Positions 20,004 to 34,265 of a DNA stretch of 64,000 bases are shown piece by piece. The notes below the pieces were generated by a model. That model saw only the letters and a list, made by a program, of their open reading frames with translations, ran no database searches and was not told the DNA's origin. Source of the DNA: Eledone cirrhosa (lineage: Eukaryota); NCBI GenBank assembly GCA_964016885.1, contig OZ024741.1, positions 167,214,001-167,278,000 of the forward strand, in the 5' to 3' direction. Position 1 is the stretch's first letter, and each line of letters begins with the position of its first letter. Position numbers and translations under genes: made by a program.

Positions 20004-20222
20004 TTCTGGGTGCTTTTTTGCCGTGGCACCTACACGTCCACTTTACAGTGGAATGATAGAGACCCCAGTCCCTATCATCTCATTTCTACAGCTGAGTAAA
20101 CTGGAGCAATGTGAAATAAAGTGCCTTGCTCAAGGAAACAACACATCACCTGGTCTGAGAATTGAACTCACAACCTTTCGATTGCAAGGCCAATGCTCTA
20201 ACCACTAAGTCATGTGCCTCCA
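20004..20222 (-). mobile_element. tRNA-derived SINE family 1 (head and body)
   Basis: Minus strand GGCACATGACTTAGTGGTTAG (A box) ... GAGTTCAATTCTC (B box); copies at 35044, 47478 and 59896. Confidence 0.85.
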
Positions 20223-20256
20223 TATATGTATAATAATAATAATAGTAATAATTGTT

Positions 20257-20442
20257 TCTACTTTTGGCACAAGGCCAGCAATTACCCAGTATATTACTGG
20301 TACTTTATTCTATCGCCCCCGTAAGGATGAAAGGCAAAGTTAACCTTGGCACGATTTGAACTCAGAATGGCAAGGGGCGTAACTCTATGCGTCAAAGCAT
20401 AGTGTCCGACCCTCTACTGATGCTGCCAATCCACCACCCCCT
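20257..20442 (-). mobile_element. tRNA-derived SINE family 2
   Basis: GAGTTCAAATC...TTGCCTTTCATCCTTACGGGG..GATA..ATAAAGTACCAG; copies near 32650, 41385, 44200, 61377 and 62900. Confidence 0.8.
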
Positions 20443-21394
20443 TATATAATAGTAATAATAATATTTATACTTATATATATATAATCTATATATAATTATA
20501 AAGAAGATAAGGGTAATATCGTGTATTACCCAATTACCAGTAAGAAAATTAGCTCAATGTAAAATATCAGATATACTACAGAGCAGAAATACAACATAGA
20601 TGGTGTACCACTTTGTAAAAATGTCAACCATCATCTGTATTATCTGTACATACATTCAATCAATATAAACCACTGTTTATAAATGATAATATCGAAACAC
20701 CTATTATGACACAGCAACAAAGACATCGAATTAGTACTCAACTATCATCACAACATTAAAGAAGAAGGACCTTAAAATCCATACCTTTGGATTAAATGTT
20801 TGTTTTATATTTGTTTGAACTTTACAACTATATACTTATTGCTTACACACTTCACAACTATAAATATTAATATTTTCTACATAAACTTTATAAAACTTTT
20901 TCCAGAAATATCTTTGCCTATAACTAATACATCTTATAATGCTTATAATATATAACACTTAAATGTATGCTATCACCACACAATTATCTTACCTTATTGC
21001 ATGCTCTCTGCTATTATTTATATTCTTGGTATGATATTCTTGTAATAAACAACATAAGATAATTATTTCATTTACCAAAGGTTTCACAAAGACAGATGAG
21101 CTTGGCACAGAGAGAGAGAGAAATAACTTATCTTTATGTGAAATAAATATTCACCATCTCTACAAATGCATTATTTAACTATTTAACTGTGGTTCTGCAG
21201 TGCAAGGACCAGGAAGGCCACAAATCAGGGTTGTATATGATGCATAATGAGATGCAGGGTTGTATATGATGCATAATGAGATGCAGAATGATGAGCCCAG
21301 CCTTTTTCAACTTTGTTTCCATTTTTCTTTACTCTTGAAAATACTTGTGGAAACAAGTTGAAATGGATAGAGATGCTGTTGGGATCCTACCTCT

Positions 21395-21437
<43 letters not shown>

Positions 21438-21442
<5 letters not shown>

Positions 21443-21770
21443 GTGTGTCTGAAAAGTAACAGGACTTAGTGTGCTGTGTGAGCTATGAATGGAATGGAGA
21501 TGAGCAGGTTGCTTCACCATATGGCATAATATCCAGGGAGTATATAACTGCATGAGGCACATGGTGCATAGCGATTGTCAGCTGACTGTTTGACTGATTG
21601 CAAAAAGATTTGGGCCTGTGGAAGATCTGCGCGATGATGGTGCCGAAGTTGCTGAATGATGACCAGAAGGAGCAGCACATGCAGGTGTGCCACGACGTCC
21701 TCGAGCATCTCGAAACCAAACAGGTGATGAGTCATGGATCTTTGAGTACAGCCCATTTTCTAGATGTGGA
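21438..21770 (+). mobile_element. Mariner transposase remnant
   Basis: LGLWKICAMMVPKLLNDDQK (WVPxxL-like) and TGDESWIFEY (first D of the DDD triad); TIR-like start after TA. Confidence 0.85.
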
Positions 21771-21799
21771 AGCCACCAAGAGGACCATGATGGCAGAGC

Positions 21800-22840
21800 T
21801 GTGGAGAATCCTTCTCTCAGCTGCCAGGAGGCGGGGAGGGGGGTCGATAAATTGTTGGCAGCTTTTGCTACCAAGCTGATCATATTAGCAGTATTGGAGG
21901 GGGGGGGGGGTCAATAAGAACAGGCTGGAAGAAGTTTAGAGATCTATTACCTCTGCTAACAATGAAATGCTTTTCTCACAGAATGAAGGGTAGACTGTAT
22001 GATACCTGTGTGTGAACTACAATGTTGCATGGCAGTGAAACATGGGCCTTTACTACAGAAGACCTGCAAAGGCTAGAAACAAATGAGTCGAGTATGCTTC
22101 AATGGATGTGTAATGTTAGTGTGCATAAGCGACATAGATAATCAACCTGAGAGAAAAACTTAGCATAAAGGAATTGGATGAAGTGTGTAAGAGAGAAGAT
22201 TGCATTGGTATGGACATTTAATGCACATAAAAGATAACAGCTGGATAAAGAAATGCAGAGAAATCCCAGTTCCTGGAACCTGTGGAAGAGGTAGACCCAG
22301 GAAGACATGGGATGAAGTTGCGAAGGCCAACATTAAAAAACTAAACCTCACAACAGAAATGACTAAAGATTGTGAGGGTTGGCGCTATGCAGTGCTGAAG
22401 AGGACTCAGCCTGCAACAATGTGGCTTGACTCCCCACTTCCACCACTATAACCCTCACTGCACATACCACATGCTCCCTCTCCACACATGCTCCTAGTTG
22501 CAGTCTCCTTCAGAAGAAGGGTTGGGAGGGCCCGTCAGTCATGCCAAGTTTTGACAGCTTCCCTAGTGTTTAGTGATCTACACGATAAACACATCCAGTA
22601 CACACTGTAAAGTGGTTGATGATAGGAAGGGCATCCAGCTATAGAAAGCTTGTGAAACAAAGGGTTGGGTGACCCTCAGTTGCGTCAAAGACATGACAAC
22701 CTCCCCTGTGCACGAGACGACAGAACCATGGGTTGTCTGGGAGATCAGTAGGTACTGTTTCAGTACTGACTTAGTCTATATAGACATATCCAAGCCTCTT
22801 GCTAACAGGGAAAGCAGACATTAAAACGATGATTATGATG
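21800..22840 (+). mobile_element. Degenerate RTE family A-like 3' end
   Basis: HGSETW, WYGHL and GRPRKTW remnants; tail ending in GATGAT. Confidence 0.85.
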
Positions 22841-22861
22841 TGTGTGTGAATGTATATGTAT

Positions 22862-22877
22862 AGAGAGAGAGGAGAGG

Positions 22878-22923
<46 letters not shown>

Positions 22924-22950
22924 GAGAGAGAGTGAGAGAGAGAGAGAGAG
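22862..22950. repeat. (GA)n microsatellite
   Basis: Direct inspection. Confidence 0.97.
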
Positions 22951-23096
22951 AATTATTCAAATTCCGTTAGTATAATCAATTAAATTGATTGTTCAACAAG
23001 AATCAAAGACCGCATACAATAGTGTTTACTCAATGTACAAATTATTCCAATTGGTAGATCCTGATAGGTTCCAAGTGTAACAATTTATGGATGTAT

Positions 23097-23387
23097 ATAC
23101 AAAATTACAAAAATATTATTAAAAACGCCATAATCCAGATGAGTGGGAATAACATTTATTGCATAACACTTACACGTGTTTCATTATATGCATTACATAT
23201 AAGAATTGGATTGCTAACTTTTGATTATTTTAATAAAATTAACTCTCATCCAACTATTTAGACATGTAGCTACAATGAATTTTCATTGTAATGCATGTAA
23301 TGAAGCACGTGTAAGCTTTACACAATAAAAGTTATTCCCACTCATTTGGATTATGGTGTTTTTAATAATATTTTTGCAATTTTATAT
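23097..23387. repeat. Imperfect inverted repeat with arms of about 100 bp (PLE pLTR-like)
   Basis: AAAATATTATTAAAAACGCCATAATCCAGATGAGTGGGAATAAC versus its reverse complement at 23330-23375. Confidence 0.85.
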
Positions 23388-23550
23388 CATCATCATCATC
23401 GTTTAACGTCCATCTTCCACACTAGCATGGGTTAGATGGGAGTTGTCCCACTTGAGGCAAGGTTGGTCGAGTGACCGTGTCTCGCTCATATAGGACTATC
23501 TGGCAGGTTGTCTACGGCTGGATGCCCTTCCTAACACCAACCACATTTAT

Positions 23551-24470
23551 ATATTGTTATTCTTTGGGAGGGCCATGCTGCCAATAAAAACACACACACA
23601 CACCTGTTGGTTTTCATTTCAATTTATTATAAATTTACGGTTGGTTCGTTGGTTGGTTGGATAACCGGATGGTTGTTTGTATATTGTCAAAGCTCTTTCG
23701 TCACACATTCCTGTGACCTCCTCAGTGACTGGGTTTTTATTTTGTGTCTCTTCTTTGTTCTGTCCTACACCATCTTTTTTTTTGTGTGTTGTGTGCTTAG
23801 TTTGCACATGCATTACATCCATGTGTGTTTTTATTTATTTGTTATTTATGTGTCACTAGTTGGTTGTTTGTGCTATCTGAGTGTGTCAGATTTGTTTTGT
23901 TAGTTGGTTTGTGTGTGTCTGAATGTTTTCATTTTGTCCTTAATTACTAATTGTGATGTTGCTATTCTACTCATGTTTTCTGTTTAATTTTGGTTGGAGT
24001 TCATTTATATTTGTTGCCTCTGTGATTTTCTGAGCATTGCATCTTTTCTGTGTGTGGATATAATTTTTATCTCTATGTTCTCTAATGTGCCCCTATGTTC
24101 TATTTTGGCATGTTGGTGGAGTACTGATGAGTTTTTCTCATCCTCGAATTTACTTCTCCTACAGGCTGTTTCACCTATGTATGTTATATTCTTATTCCTA
24201 CACTGTCCCTCAGTACATCTTATGCTATATACTACGTTTCTAGTTTTGTAGTTAGTTTGCGGGCTTAGCATTTCCTATCAGTGCAGGGGGTTCTTTGAAA
24301 TGGGTATGTTTTACTAATTAGGGCTTTTATAAATTGAAGTGAAAACCAACAGGTGTGTGTGTTTTTCTTGGCAGCATGACCCCCCCCCCTCCCCAAGTAT
24401 AACAATATCTGTTTCAACACATGTTTTCAGATAAGAAATCTTGCAAAACAAATTCAAAAACAATATATAT
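23551..24470 (-). mobile_element. Penelope-like element remnant: GIY-YIG endonuclease fragment between inverted terminal repeats
   Basis: ORF 24005-24271 NVVYSIRC...YIGET...SVLHQH..EH; inverted ends of about 80 bp; the same terminus occurs at 34266-34590 and 52470-52705. Confidence 0.8.
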
Positions 24471-24729
24471 ATATGTATGTAAAAGGTAAACAGAAATAAC
24501 AAAACAATCGGTACAGTATATGGAAGGAATATATTAGTTTAACACTTGAAATAGCAGGAAGAGGGTCTTAATGTTTCAGATACTAGTCCTTCATCAGAAG
24601 AAAGGATGAGAAATTAGAAAGGTTGAAGGGATGAGCAGAGCAGAATCGGAAAAACTGTTTTTAGAGAAAAATAACAGGTTCATTCATGTTGCTATCTCTT
24701 CGAAAACTGTTGATGCTGTCGTTTTGTGT

Positions 24730-24735
<6 letters not shown>

Positions 24736-24808
<73 letters not shown>
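24736..24808. repeat. (GT)n microsatellite
   Basis: Direct inspection. Confidence 0.98.
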
Positions 24809-24816
<8 letters not shown>

Positions 24817-25151
24817 TTATCTTTTATATACGCAGTTATTTAACTACCTATTTGCAGATAAAAAAAATAAAATGTTCCAGTGAAAAATCAATCACCCAGA
24901 AAATATAGTTATTAAATAACTAAGACCACACCTAACATAAAAGTAAGAATAAAAATAAAACTTATTTTTGTGTTTAGGTGTGATTGATTAGTCACCACTT
25001 CAAAATATGTTCTCACGAGGTCAGTGTTACTTAAGTTCAACTTTGCAGCCACCTATGGTGCACAATTCAGAGAGGCACATTACTGAGTCTTAAAAGAAAA
25101 GACTTTCAAACAGGGCCGTCAGTACAATTAAGGCCAACTAGGAGACTGTCA

Positions 25152-25435
25152 GCAGGCGCATGGCCTAATGGTAAGGGTGTTGGACTTACGATCATAATAT
25201 TGAGGGTTCAATTCCTGGGCTGCATTGCGTGTTGTGTTCTTGAGCAAAACACTTCATTTCACGTCGCTCCAGTATACTTAGCTGTATATGAGTACCTGAA
25301 ATAGCTGGGGGTTTAACCCTGCGATGGACTGGCGTCCTGTCCAGGGGGGAGTCTTGTACTCTCAGTTGCTTCCTGCCATGAGACCGAGATAAGCACTGGC
25401 CTAACAAGCCTTCTGGATTAAGACAGACTTTAGGC
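25152..25435 (+). mobile_element. tRNA-derived SINE
   Basis: TGGCCTAATGGTAAG A box, GGTTCAATTCC B box, TTGAGCAAAACACTT core; ACTGTCA flanks both sides. Confidence 0.8.
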
Positions 25436-26462
25436 AACTGTCAAGGGTGCAGATCATGGAGAGGCACATTACTCAACTTTAAAGGACCAGAGTTTTTTTA
25501 CATATCTAATTAACTTAGATATATAATCTATGCTGTAGAGCAGCATTGTGAAATTATTCAAAGTGTTGGAGCAGGTCATATGGTGTTATGACCTATTACA
25601 TAATTAAGCATGAATGGATGTAGACTGCCTAGTAGAAAATAAACGCTAAGTAATTTTAGTATGGTCAGAGTAAGAAATATCAAAAACTAGGTTTATCAGA
25701 TTGCCAAACTGAAATTAGTATATTTGGAAGAATAGAGTGCATAACTGTGGAAAGGGGTTGTCCATTGTAGAGGTAATCCAGTCTGCTAAATAACTAAATG
25801 CCAGTCCTGCATTCTTAATTTATTACCATTTACAGGGAAACAGAAAATACCCTTCTATATGTATTGACAGCTACAATGTCAATTAGTTTTCAAGAGTAGA
25901 CATTGGTCATTGTTTAAGGCCAGATCAGCTCTGACCAAACAGTCAAGGACGTTCCAGACATGACCATTCCATCTGTTATATTAGAAATACTAAGTCTAAT
26001 ACTAGATTAGTGTGATTTGAAGGTGATTTGACTGTTATTTTTAGTAGTGACACACACATCGACACTTGACTGATGGTTGTTGTTGTTGTTTAAGCCCAGG
26101 TCAGTCAAATGATCAAGGACATTCCATACATAACCACCCTGCCTTGTTCCTACATAGAAGGAATCCATGACCACATTATCTAACACATCTTTTCTTTTTT
26201 TGAAGATTGTAAGTTGTGATTTGATGGCTAATTAGCAGCTATTTCTAGCAGGTCAAGTAACTATGTTGGTTGGTAGTCTTGAGTTTTACCAGATTTGGGT
26301 TAAACAATATCAAAAACATTTTATTGATGATCTCATCATGAATTTTGCTTAACAAGAGCTGGCTTAGGGCTAAACAATAACAACTCAGTTCCATTGGTGG
26401 CTTTGCTTAATCAGAGCTGACCAAAGGCTAAACAACAACAACAAATGTAAGTATACATATGT

Positions 26463-26522
<60 letters not shown>

Positions 26523-27574
26523 GTGTACGTATGCATACTTACATTTATGTATCAACTATGCTAGAGCGAGAAATAAGATTCTAATTTTATTTTTTATTTT
26601 CGGCAAGGCCAGCTATAACTCGCTCAGTATGCAAATGAAGCTAATCAGCCGATGTATACTTCAGAAAATACTATATATTTTCAACTGTTCAATAGATTGG
26701 CAGAGTGGTAAACAGTCCTGATGAAAGGTAATGATCCAAAAACATGTTGATTGTTCCTCAATGATACTGTTGAACAAATGGATGATGATTGGTCATCAAG
26801 GCACAGCATAGCTTTGTCGGGCCATTTACTAGCAAATGAATTGATTATTATTATTATTCAATATAACCCATATGTACAATATGTATGTGTGTGTGTGTGT
26901 GTGTGTTTGTATATAAATGTGTGTGTGGTGTGTGTACATATGCATACTTACATTTATGTATCTGCTATGCTAGAGCAAGAAATAAAATTCTAACAACGAC
27001 AAAGTTTTATTGACGGTCATATCATAGGCTTTGCTTAATACTTTCTTAACCATACTTCTAATGAAATACACTATTTCAATTACCTAATGAAGAATTTCAA
27101 GTGATTTACTAAAGCTATTTATTATTTCATTACTAATAACTTTACATATGGTTCTTATATAAAATTATATTGGAAGATATTAATTTAAATAAGAACTCTT
27201 TAAAATGGATGGTTTTGTTCAATAGTTAGGGTTGAGTTGGCATCAAAGGAGTTAATCAGAAGGAAAAAAATCCTTTTGCCAACACACAATATTAAAAAAG
27301 AAATATATATATATATATATAATCATAATTGTTTAACGACTATTTCCCACGCTATATAATTAAAAATATATTTTGGCAAAAACAGTCATATCTACTGAGT
27401 CATTGGAGCTATTTTAGCATGAATAAAATAAAATAGAACATATAAATACAAAAGAACAAATACCAATTTTTATCAATTAACTGAAAAGAAAAAATATTTA
27501 TATCTGTGTGTACATACATATACATATATATATATTATATAACAGATTCATGCAAACAATATATATATATATAT

Positions 27575-28580
27575 AATCATTTATCGTCTATTTTCCATGC
27601 TAACAGTGTGTGCTGGGTGCTTTTTGTCATGACACCTACATGACCACTTTAAGGTGTGGACTGGGTGCCTTTTATCATGATACCATAACGACCACTTTAT
27701 AGTGTGGGCTGGGCGCTTTTTGTTGTGGCACCAAAATGACCACTTTACAGTGTTCACTGAGGACTGCAACAGAGGTGTAAAGGCCTGGGAGAAGGGTGGG
27801 ATGATTAGGATGTGGGTGAAGTGTTAGGGTGCGGGAGTTGTATGGAACAAGGGAGGATAGGTGTTAAGTGGTGCATACTAGATGTATGCTTCAACCCATG
27901 CACATGTGAAGGCGCGTCTTCTGTATTACAGTATCACGCCAAAGATCTTGATCCTGTGTCATCGCCTTTAAGAGGTGCTTTTGTGCAAGGTCAGCTTTTA
28001 TCACCTCATCCCACTTCTTCCTAGGTCTTCTTACTCCATAGCTTACATCAACTTTGATCGCCCTGCAACTTTATATACAGTTGTCATCCTTCATACACAT
28101 CACATGGCCATACCAACACAATCAATAACCTGCCTATGACCCCACTACATCTTTTGTGTACCCAGAGCTTGCATTTGAGGCATAGGATGGAATTTCTACT
28201 GACTCCATTCTTGCACACTGAGCAAGGCCATTTGTCTGAAGGAATCTGGGCTCTGTTGTCTTTTCTACTTACTAGGAGTTTAGTCTTTGACAAGTTAACT
28301 TTAAGACCTATTGATTCTAGGCCAAACTTTCTGGTTTTGAATTTCTTCTTTATAGTTTCAGCTATAAGGGTTAAATCATCTGCATGCAGAAGTTCCCATA
28401 GGCAGCCAGTCCTAAACTCTTCTATTATAACCTGCTTGACAAGAATAAACAGGTTTGGGCTAAGGAGAGAGCCCTGATCGACACCAACCTGCAAGGTAAA
28501 TTTTTTACTGTAATCATTGCTAATTCTAACCTTGCTGACTGTTCCTCTATAAATGCCTTGTACTGCCTTCACAAGCCATT
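27575..28580 (-). mobile_element. Degenerate RTE family A copy
   Basis: ORF 28084-28572: GVDQGSLLSP, HADD and the PHD finger cysteines. Confidence 0.9.
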
Positions 28581-29211
28581 TATATATATATATGACGGTG
28601 CCCCAACATGACCTCAGACTGTCAGTTGGGATACTTAATAGAATAATATATATATATTGTTGTTGTTGTTACAACTCAATGTTATATAGGTTTAGTTGGG
28701 CTTCTATGAGATTGCATCTCATTCATACAAACTTTATATAATACACTAACACGAAACACATATATTATATTTATATATATGTAGATATAATCTTTGCTGA
28801 AAGGAGAAAAAAGGTACAAAGCAGACACCTGGTACATATGGAGTACACTCATAACAAAAGATAGAAAAAAGTAAAGAACACACAAGGAATAGCATGACAA
28901 AAAGCAAATGACTATTTCACTAAATGGCAATCACACAGTTTTTACTATAGTTACATATGTACTTACATATGTAAGCATATATGTCTATATATGTATAATT
29001 ACATAGATAAGTTAATATAGTTACATGTATAAACAAATAAGCAATAAATATACATGCATCATTAATTTAAAACTATTTAAACAACATTTGTGAGTTTTGT
29101 ATTTTATCATCCATATATTAACCCCTTCATTGCTATCTTTCTTATAAAAACAGTTTAGATTTTAAAATCCTTTTGAAAATAATCAAAAATTTGAAAAGGT
29201 TTAATAAAATA

Positions 29212-30370
29212 TTAGGCTGTTCAGAAATTAATGCAGGTTTTATGCTTTTATTTGTTTCAACATTTAAAAAAAATAAAATCTCAAACAAGGAGTAGAAAGT
29301 TATGCATCATTTTAAAGCTTATTTTATGCTCTTTCTTTCTATGTAATGCATTTTTAACATTAACTCCATTTTTGTCTGTTTTCAGATCTTTGAAGATATC
29401 AAAACAGGATTTTTGCCAAATTTATTTCTATGAGATTAAACTTAGACGCAGTGCAGCACAAATGACTGAAAACATCAATGAAATTTGTGGCTGAGGAAGT
29501 GGTAATGACTGCACAGTTCAACATTGGTTTCAAAATTTCATCATTATAAATTCATTCTACAAGATATGGAAGCTCCTTCTCCCACTGATGATGATGACCT
29601 GAAGGATTTTGTAGAAGAAAATACTTGCACAACTATTTGAAAGCTTGCAGGAAAGCTAGATGTAAGCATTGGAACAAGTTCTGAACATTTGAACTGAATT
29701 AGAAGCTTGAAAAATGAGTACCACATGAATTGAACAAAAACCAGAAAAAAATTGCGGTTATGAAATCTGCTCTTTACTTCTAGTGCACAACAAAAATGAC
29801 TCATTTCTTGATCGCATGTATGATAAAAGGTAGATCTTATATAACAAGCAATGACAGTTAGCACAGTGGTTTAACTAAGATAAAGCTCCTAAACACTTCC
29901 CAAAGCAGAAGTCGCACCAAAAGAAGGTTATGCTGTGAGTTTGGTGGTTTACAGCCAGATTAATCCACTACAGCTTTTTGAATGTGTCCAGCATTGGTCA
30001 ATAGAAAAGGTTCAATCCTCTTATACAATAATGCTCGGATGCACACCACACAACCAATGCTCCAGAGGCTGAATGGAGTGAGCTTTAAAACTCTGGCTCA
30101 TCTAACATACTGACCAGATTTTTTACCAACCGACCATCACTTTTTTCAAGCATTTCAACAATTGGAAGGAAGTCTTCAACAACCAAACAGATGCAAATGA
30201 TGCTTCCAGAACTTTAGAATTCTGTTACCAGAATAAATAAACTTGTATCTTGTTGGCAGATGAGTAGACTCTAATGGCATTTATTTCAATCAATAGAGTT
30301 TATTCTGGACAGAAATATGTAATTCTAGATTTAATGTTTAAAAATCTTCATTAATTTCTGAACAATCTGA
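29212..30370 (+). mobile_element. Near full-length degenerate mariner transposon
   Basis: TIRs TTAGGCTGTTCAGAAATTAATG and CATTAATTTCTGAACAATCTGA, TA at both ends; transposase remnants FYEIKLRRSAAQ..ENINE, TVQHWF, KKVML.VWW, NNARMH. Confidence 0.9.
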
Positions 30371-31860
30371 TAACTAACTTATTATTAAGCTTGTGTTTGG
30401 AATATAACACATCAAATTTTCTTCACCAATACACATATTAGCTTAAGAACTGCGTAATACGACAGCTGTAACTTGATAATATCTGTCTTCCCTATTTGGT
30501 GACTGTTGTATTCTGGTTCAGCATGCTGAGTTTGGGGAGGTGTGGTCCGCATTTAGTTTGCCAAATTTGGAAGGTGGGTATGGTTTGGTTTGGCAGGAGT
30601 CATGAGTGAAGGTTAGCATTTGGTTTAAGGTGTTTGCTAAGTGTTTGTGGACTGATTAGATTAATAAAGGTCTTATTTATATATATATGATCCAAAACTC
30701 ATATAACAATGATTTGTAAACACTGATATGCATACACAAAGTTCACATCATCTTCTGGGTGTGATGATTGTCATGGTGCTGGGCATGAGTCAATTTTCTT
30801 TATACCAAACCACCCAAAACCAACTTTAGCTCTATACAAAGCTGTGTATTTTAAAGTGTTTAAATCTTCCATCATAATTTTATGACCTTTGTTAAGTTAT
30901 ATTCTAAAAACCAGATTAATAGTGAAAAAGTTATTACACAATCCCTCCAAATGTTTGGTTATTTTCAAAATTTGTAAATCATAGTCAGTGTCTTTCATTA
31001 GAAATATGGTAATGAAAGGGTTAAACTGAGTCACAGTACCTGACTGCTATATATAAATCTCAATGATAATTGAATAGTGGCTCAGATAATAAGAATATCT
31101 AACATTTAAACAAAGAGAAAGATTGGAGCTGCTTAGATAGGAAGATCCATACCTGTGCATCCCCCTTCATTATTTCAGTGCTTCTAGAAAGGAAGGGAGG
31201 AAGTTATCCTCAAACCAGGGAGCTGACCTGAATGCTTGCAACAGAGTGAACTCTGCTAAAGGCACCCAAGGACCAGGCAGTAATGTTAAACTGGGTGATA
31301 GGTGAAGTTTAAACTGATGATGAGAAATAACAGTCAAATTTCAAATTACATCTATTTCAAAAATGGCAGGACATAATGGATAATGTATTCTAAAATAAAC
31401 TAATAAACAGACAGGAATAGTGGTGTGGAAGGGAGTTCATATCTAGAAGACCTTTCATCATAGATGTGCTTCATTAGTGTTCACCTGGGTCTAAACAACA
31501 TCGACAACAACAACATTAACTCTTAATATCCTGTATCACATGGAACCACATTAGCAAGGCATTTGTGAAAAGTATGAAACAGCACTATGACTGTATCACA
31601 TTAAAACTTCAAGTCTTTACTCTAATACTACAAATTTTCCCAATGATCTGTCCACTAGTACAGATACTATAAACATCTGAATTAACAAACCTATTTTTAG
31701 ATATTTTCTGCTAAATTATTACAGGATATTATGAGCTAACAGGCCAAATTTTATGCATTTACATGTGTGTGTGTATTTGTGTTGTGTGTTTGTACATGTG
31801 TGTGTATCTGTGTGTAGATATGCGTACACAAATTTACTCAGTGCAGCTATGTGTACTCAC

Positions 31861-31905
31861 CTTTTCCTGGGACATGCCCAGATTATGTCGATATCTTATT
31901 TTCAC
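31861..31905 (-). CDS. Candidate 45-nt phase 0/0 host exon (VKIRYRHNLGMSQEK)
   Basis: Acceptor TTTTTTCTATTTTATAG, donor AAG|GTGAGT, only one open frame, non-repetitive context. Confidence 0.5.
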
Positions 31906-34265
31906 CTATAAAATAGAAAAAACCATCAGAAGAAGAACAAGAATACGACTGGATCAAGGGGTGGTAACTGTAGACCTCACCAAAACATATTTTCTTAGCA
32001 AGACAACAAAAAGAAAATCAATGAATGTCATCAGAGCAGAACACAAAAAAAAAACACTACAGAGTCACAGACAAAACAACTAAACAAACATATTTTCAAT
32101 AGGCAAAGGCATAGCTGTGTGGCTAAAGAGTTTGCTTTTCAACCATGTAGTTTCAGGTTCAATCTCACTGGGACTTTGAGCAAGTGCCTTCTACTATAGT
32201 TTTGAGTTAACTAATTATTTGCAGGCCTGTCAACTATTCCCTGTCCGATGGGAGATCTCCCACTCACTTTAGGGTGGGTGAGAGATGTCTCCTTTAGTGA
32301 AAATGGGCAAAGCTTTCATTATGTAAGAGCTCCCCATTTTGGGGCACTTTTTTTAGAGGTTGGCAGGTTCGTATTTAGTAGATGGAAGCTGTGAAAAAAG
32401 AACCTATCGTATGTGTGTGTAGGTAGATACAGGCATGGTAGTGTAGTTAATGAGTTCATTTTGCAACCAAATGGCTTCAGGTTCAGTCTCACTGTAAGGC
32501 ACTTTGAACAAGTGCCTTCTATTATATCTTCAAATTGATCAATTAAAAACCTACTCTGTGTCTGTCTCTCGGTGTGAGAGAGAGAGAGATTGTCATGTCT
32601 TCAGCAAGACTAAATAAATAATTATTCATTTTAGTCACAAGAATAATGATTTCTATTACAGTCACGAGGCCAGCAATTTCGGGGAAAGTCAATTAAATAG
32701 ACCCCAGAGCATTACAGGTGCTTTATTTTATCAACCCCATCGGGATGAAAGACAAAGCTAACCTTGGCAGGATTTGAACTCAGAACATAAAAGGCTGTAA
32801 CTCTGCGCCGTAAGCATGTTGTCCAGCAGTAGTGTTTTATATTCTAATGTTAGAATTAGATCTAACTTTTGATTAGAAGTATTGATCAGTAAGAAATCAG
32901 ATAGATCAGATCTACAGGTTGCAGGGTGGATGAGTGTTAGTAAATAATAGAAGTGACCGATATTAAATCTGTTCCCATTACGTGTTAGTTAAACAGATGT
33001 AGTGAAATAGCTAGAGTTACCAGTAACATACATTCTATTCAACGGCCTATTCCTATCAGGGATAGGCACCAGTGCTCACTGTAACTGAAGTTGGCATTAG
33101 GAAGGGCATCCAGCTGTAGAAACCAAACCAGAATCAGTTCTGTATGAGCAAGATATGGTCATCTGACCTAGCATTGCTCACAACAGGACAACTCATCTAA
33201 CCCATGCAAAGATGGGAAAATAGACGTTAAACGGTGGTGATGATGACGATATGTATATACGCACAAATATATATATATATTATGCTGGTACCACAAAACA
33301 TCCAGCCCACACTGTAAAGTGGTCATGTAGGAGACATGGCAAACACTGTAAATGTGGTTGACGTTAGGAAGGGCATCCAGCCATAGAAAACCAGCCAGAA
33401 ACAGTCCTATATGAGCGAGACATAGTCACCCGACCCAACTTGTCTCTAAATGGGACAAACCCATCTAACCCATGCTAGTGGAGATGATAGACGTTAAACG
33501 ATGATGATGCTAGCAGCATTGAAATGACTATGATAATGATGATATATCACTCTGATCGATCGACAATATCCCAGACCTCATTCGCTTGCTGAGTGGGGTG
33601 GACCACGTCAAATCGGATCAAGGAAACTTTAGTCTCCATTGGTCTTTGCACTGCTGGTACTATCTACTGGTCGGAACTCCTTGGCAGAAGGAATGACATG
33701 AAATAAAGTGTCTTGCTCAAGGACATAACGCATCACCAGGTCTAAAAATTAAACTCGCAACATCACAAGTGATATATTTAACTAAAATATATTGGGAACA
33801 GATTTAATATCAGTCACATTTACTGTTTCCAAACACCCATCAACCCTGCAGCCTAAAGATTTGATTGACATCCATTTCAATGGCTGATGACTAGAGAATT
33901 CATACTTGTTACCAGTATTACACTACCACCAATGACACATGTGAGTTTACACGAGGTCTCAAAGTTTGCATGGGACCACCCATGTAAGCTCGCATGTCTC
34001 AGAAGGTGGTGATTAAGAGCTGAGATCTGATCGCCTGATCAAACCTGAACTGATTGACATCGAAACAGTTGAAATATGCAATAAAGTTTCATAACGAGCT
34101 GCAAATCTGACTTCCTATAGTCATTCTATAGACATTCTGCAAACTACAGCTGCTTTAAACCTGGAGTGCAACCCAACCAGAGACAGACCCCATAACAGCA
34201 TCGAGTGCTTCGAACAGCGTTGTTGCTAGTAACCACAAATTACTCACTTGAATATATATATATAT

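Noticed and set aside
23165-23255. Minus-strand GAAACACGTGTA with upstream GGATGAG
   Set aside because: The CUGA box is broken and the stems are unclear; not called as a ribozyme.
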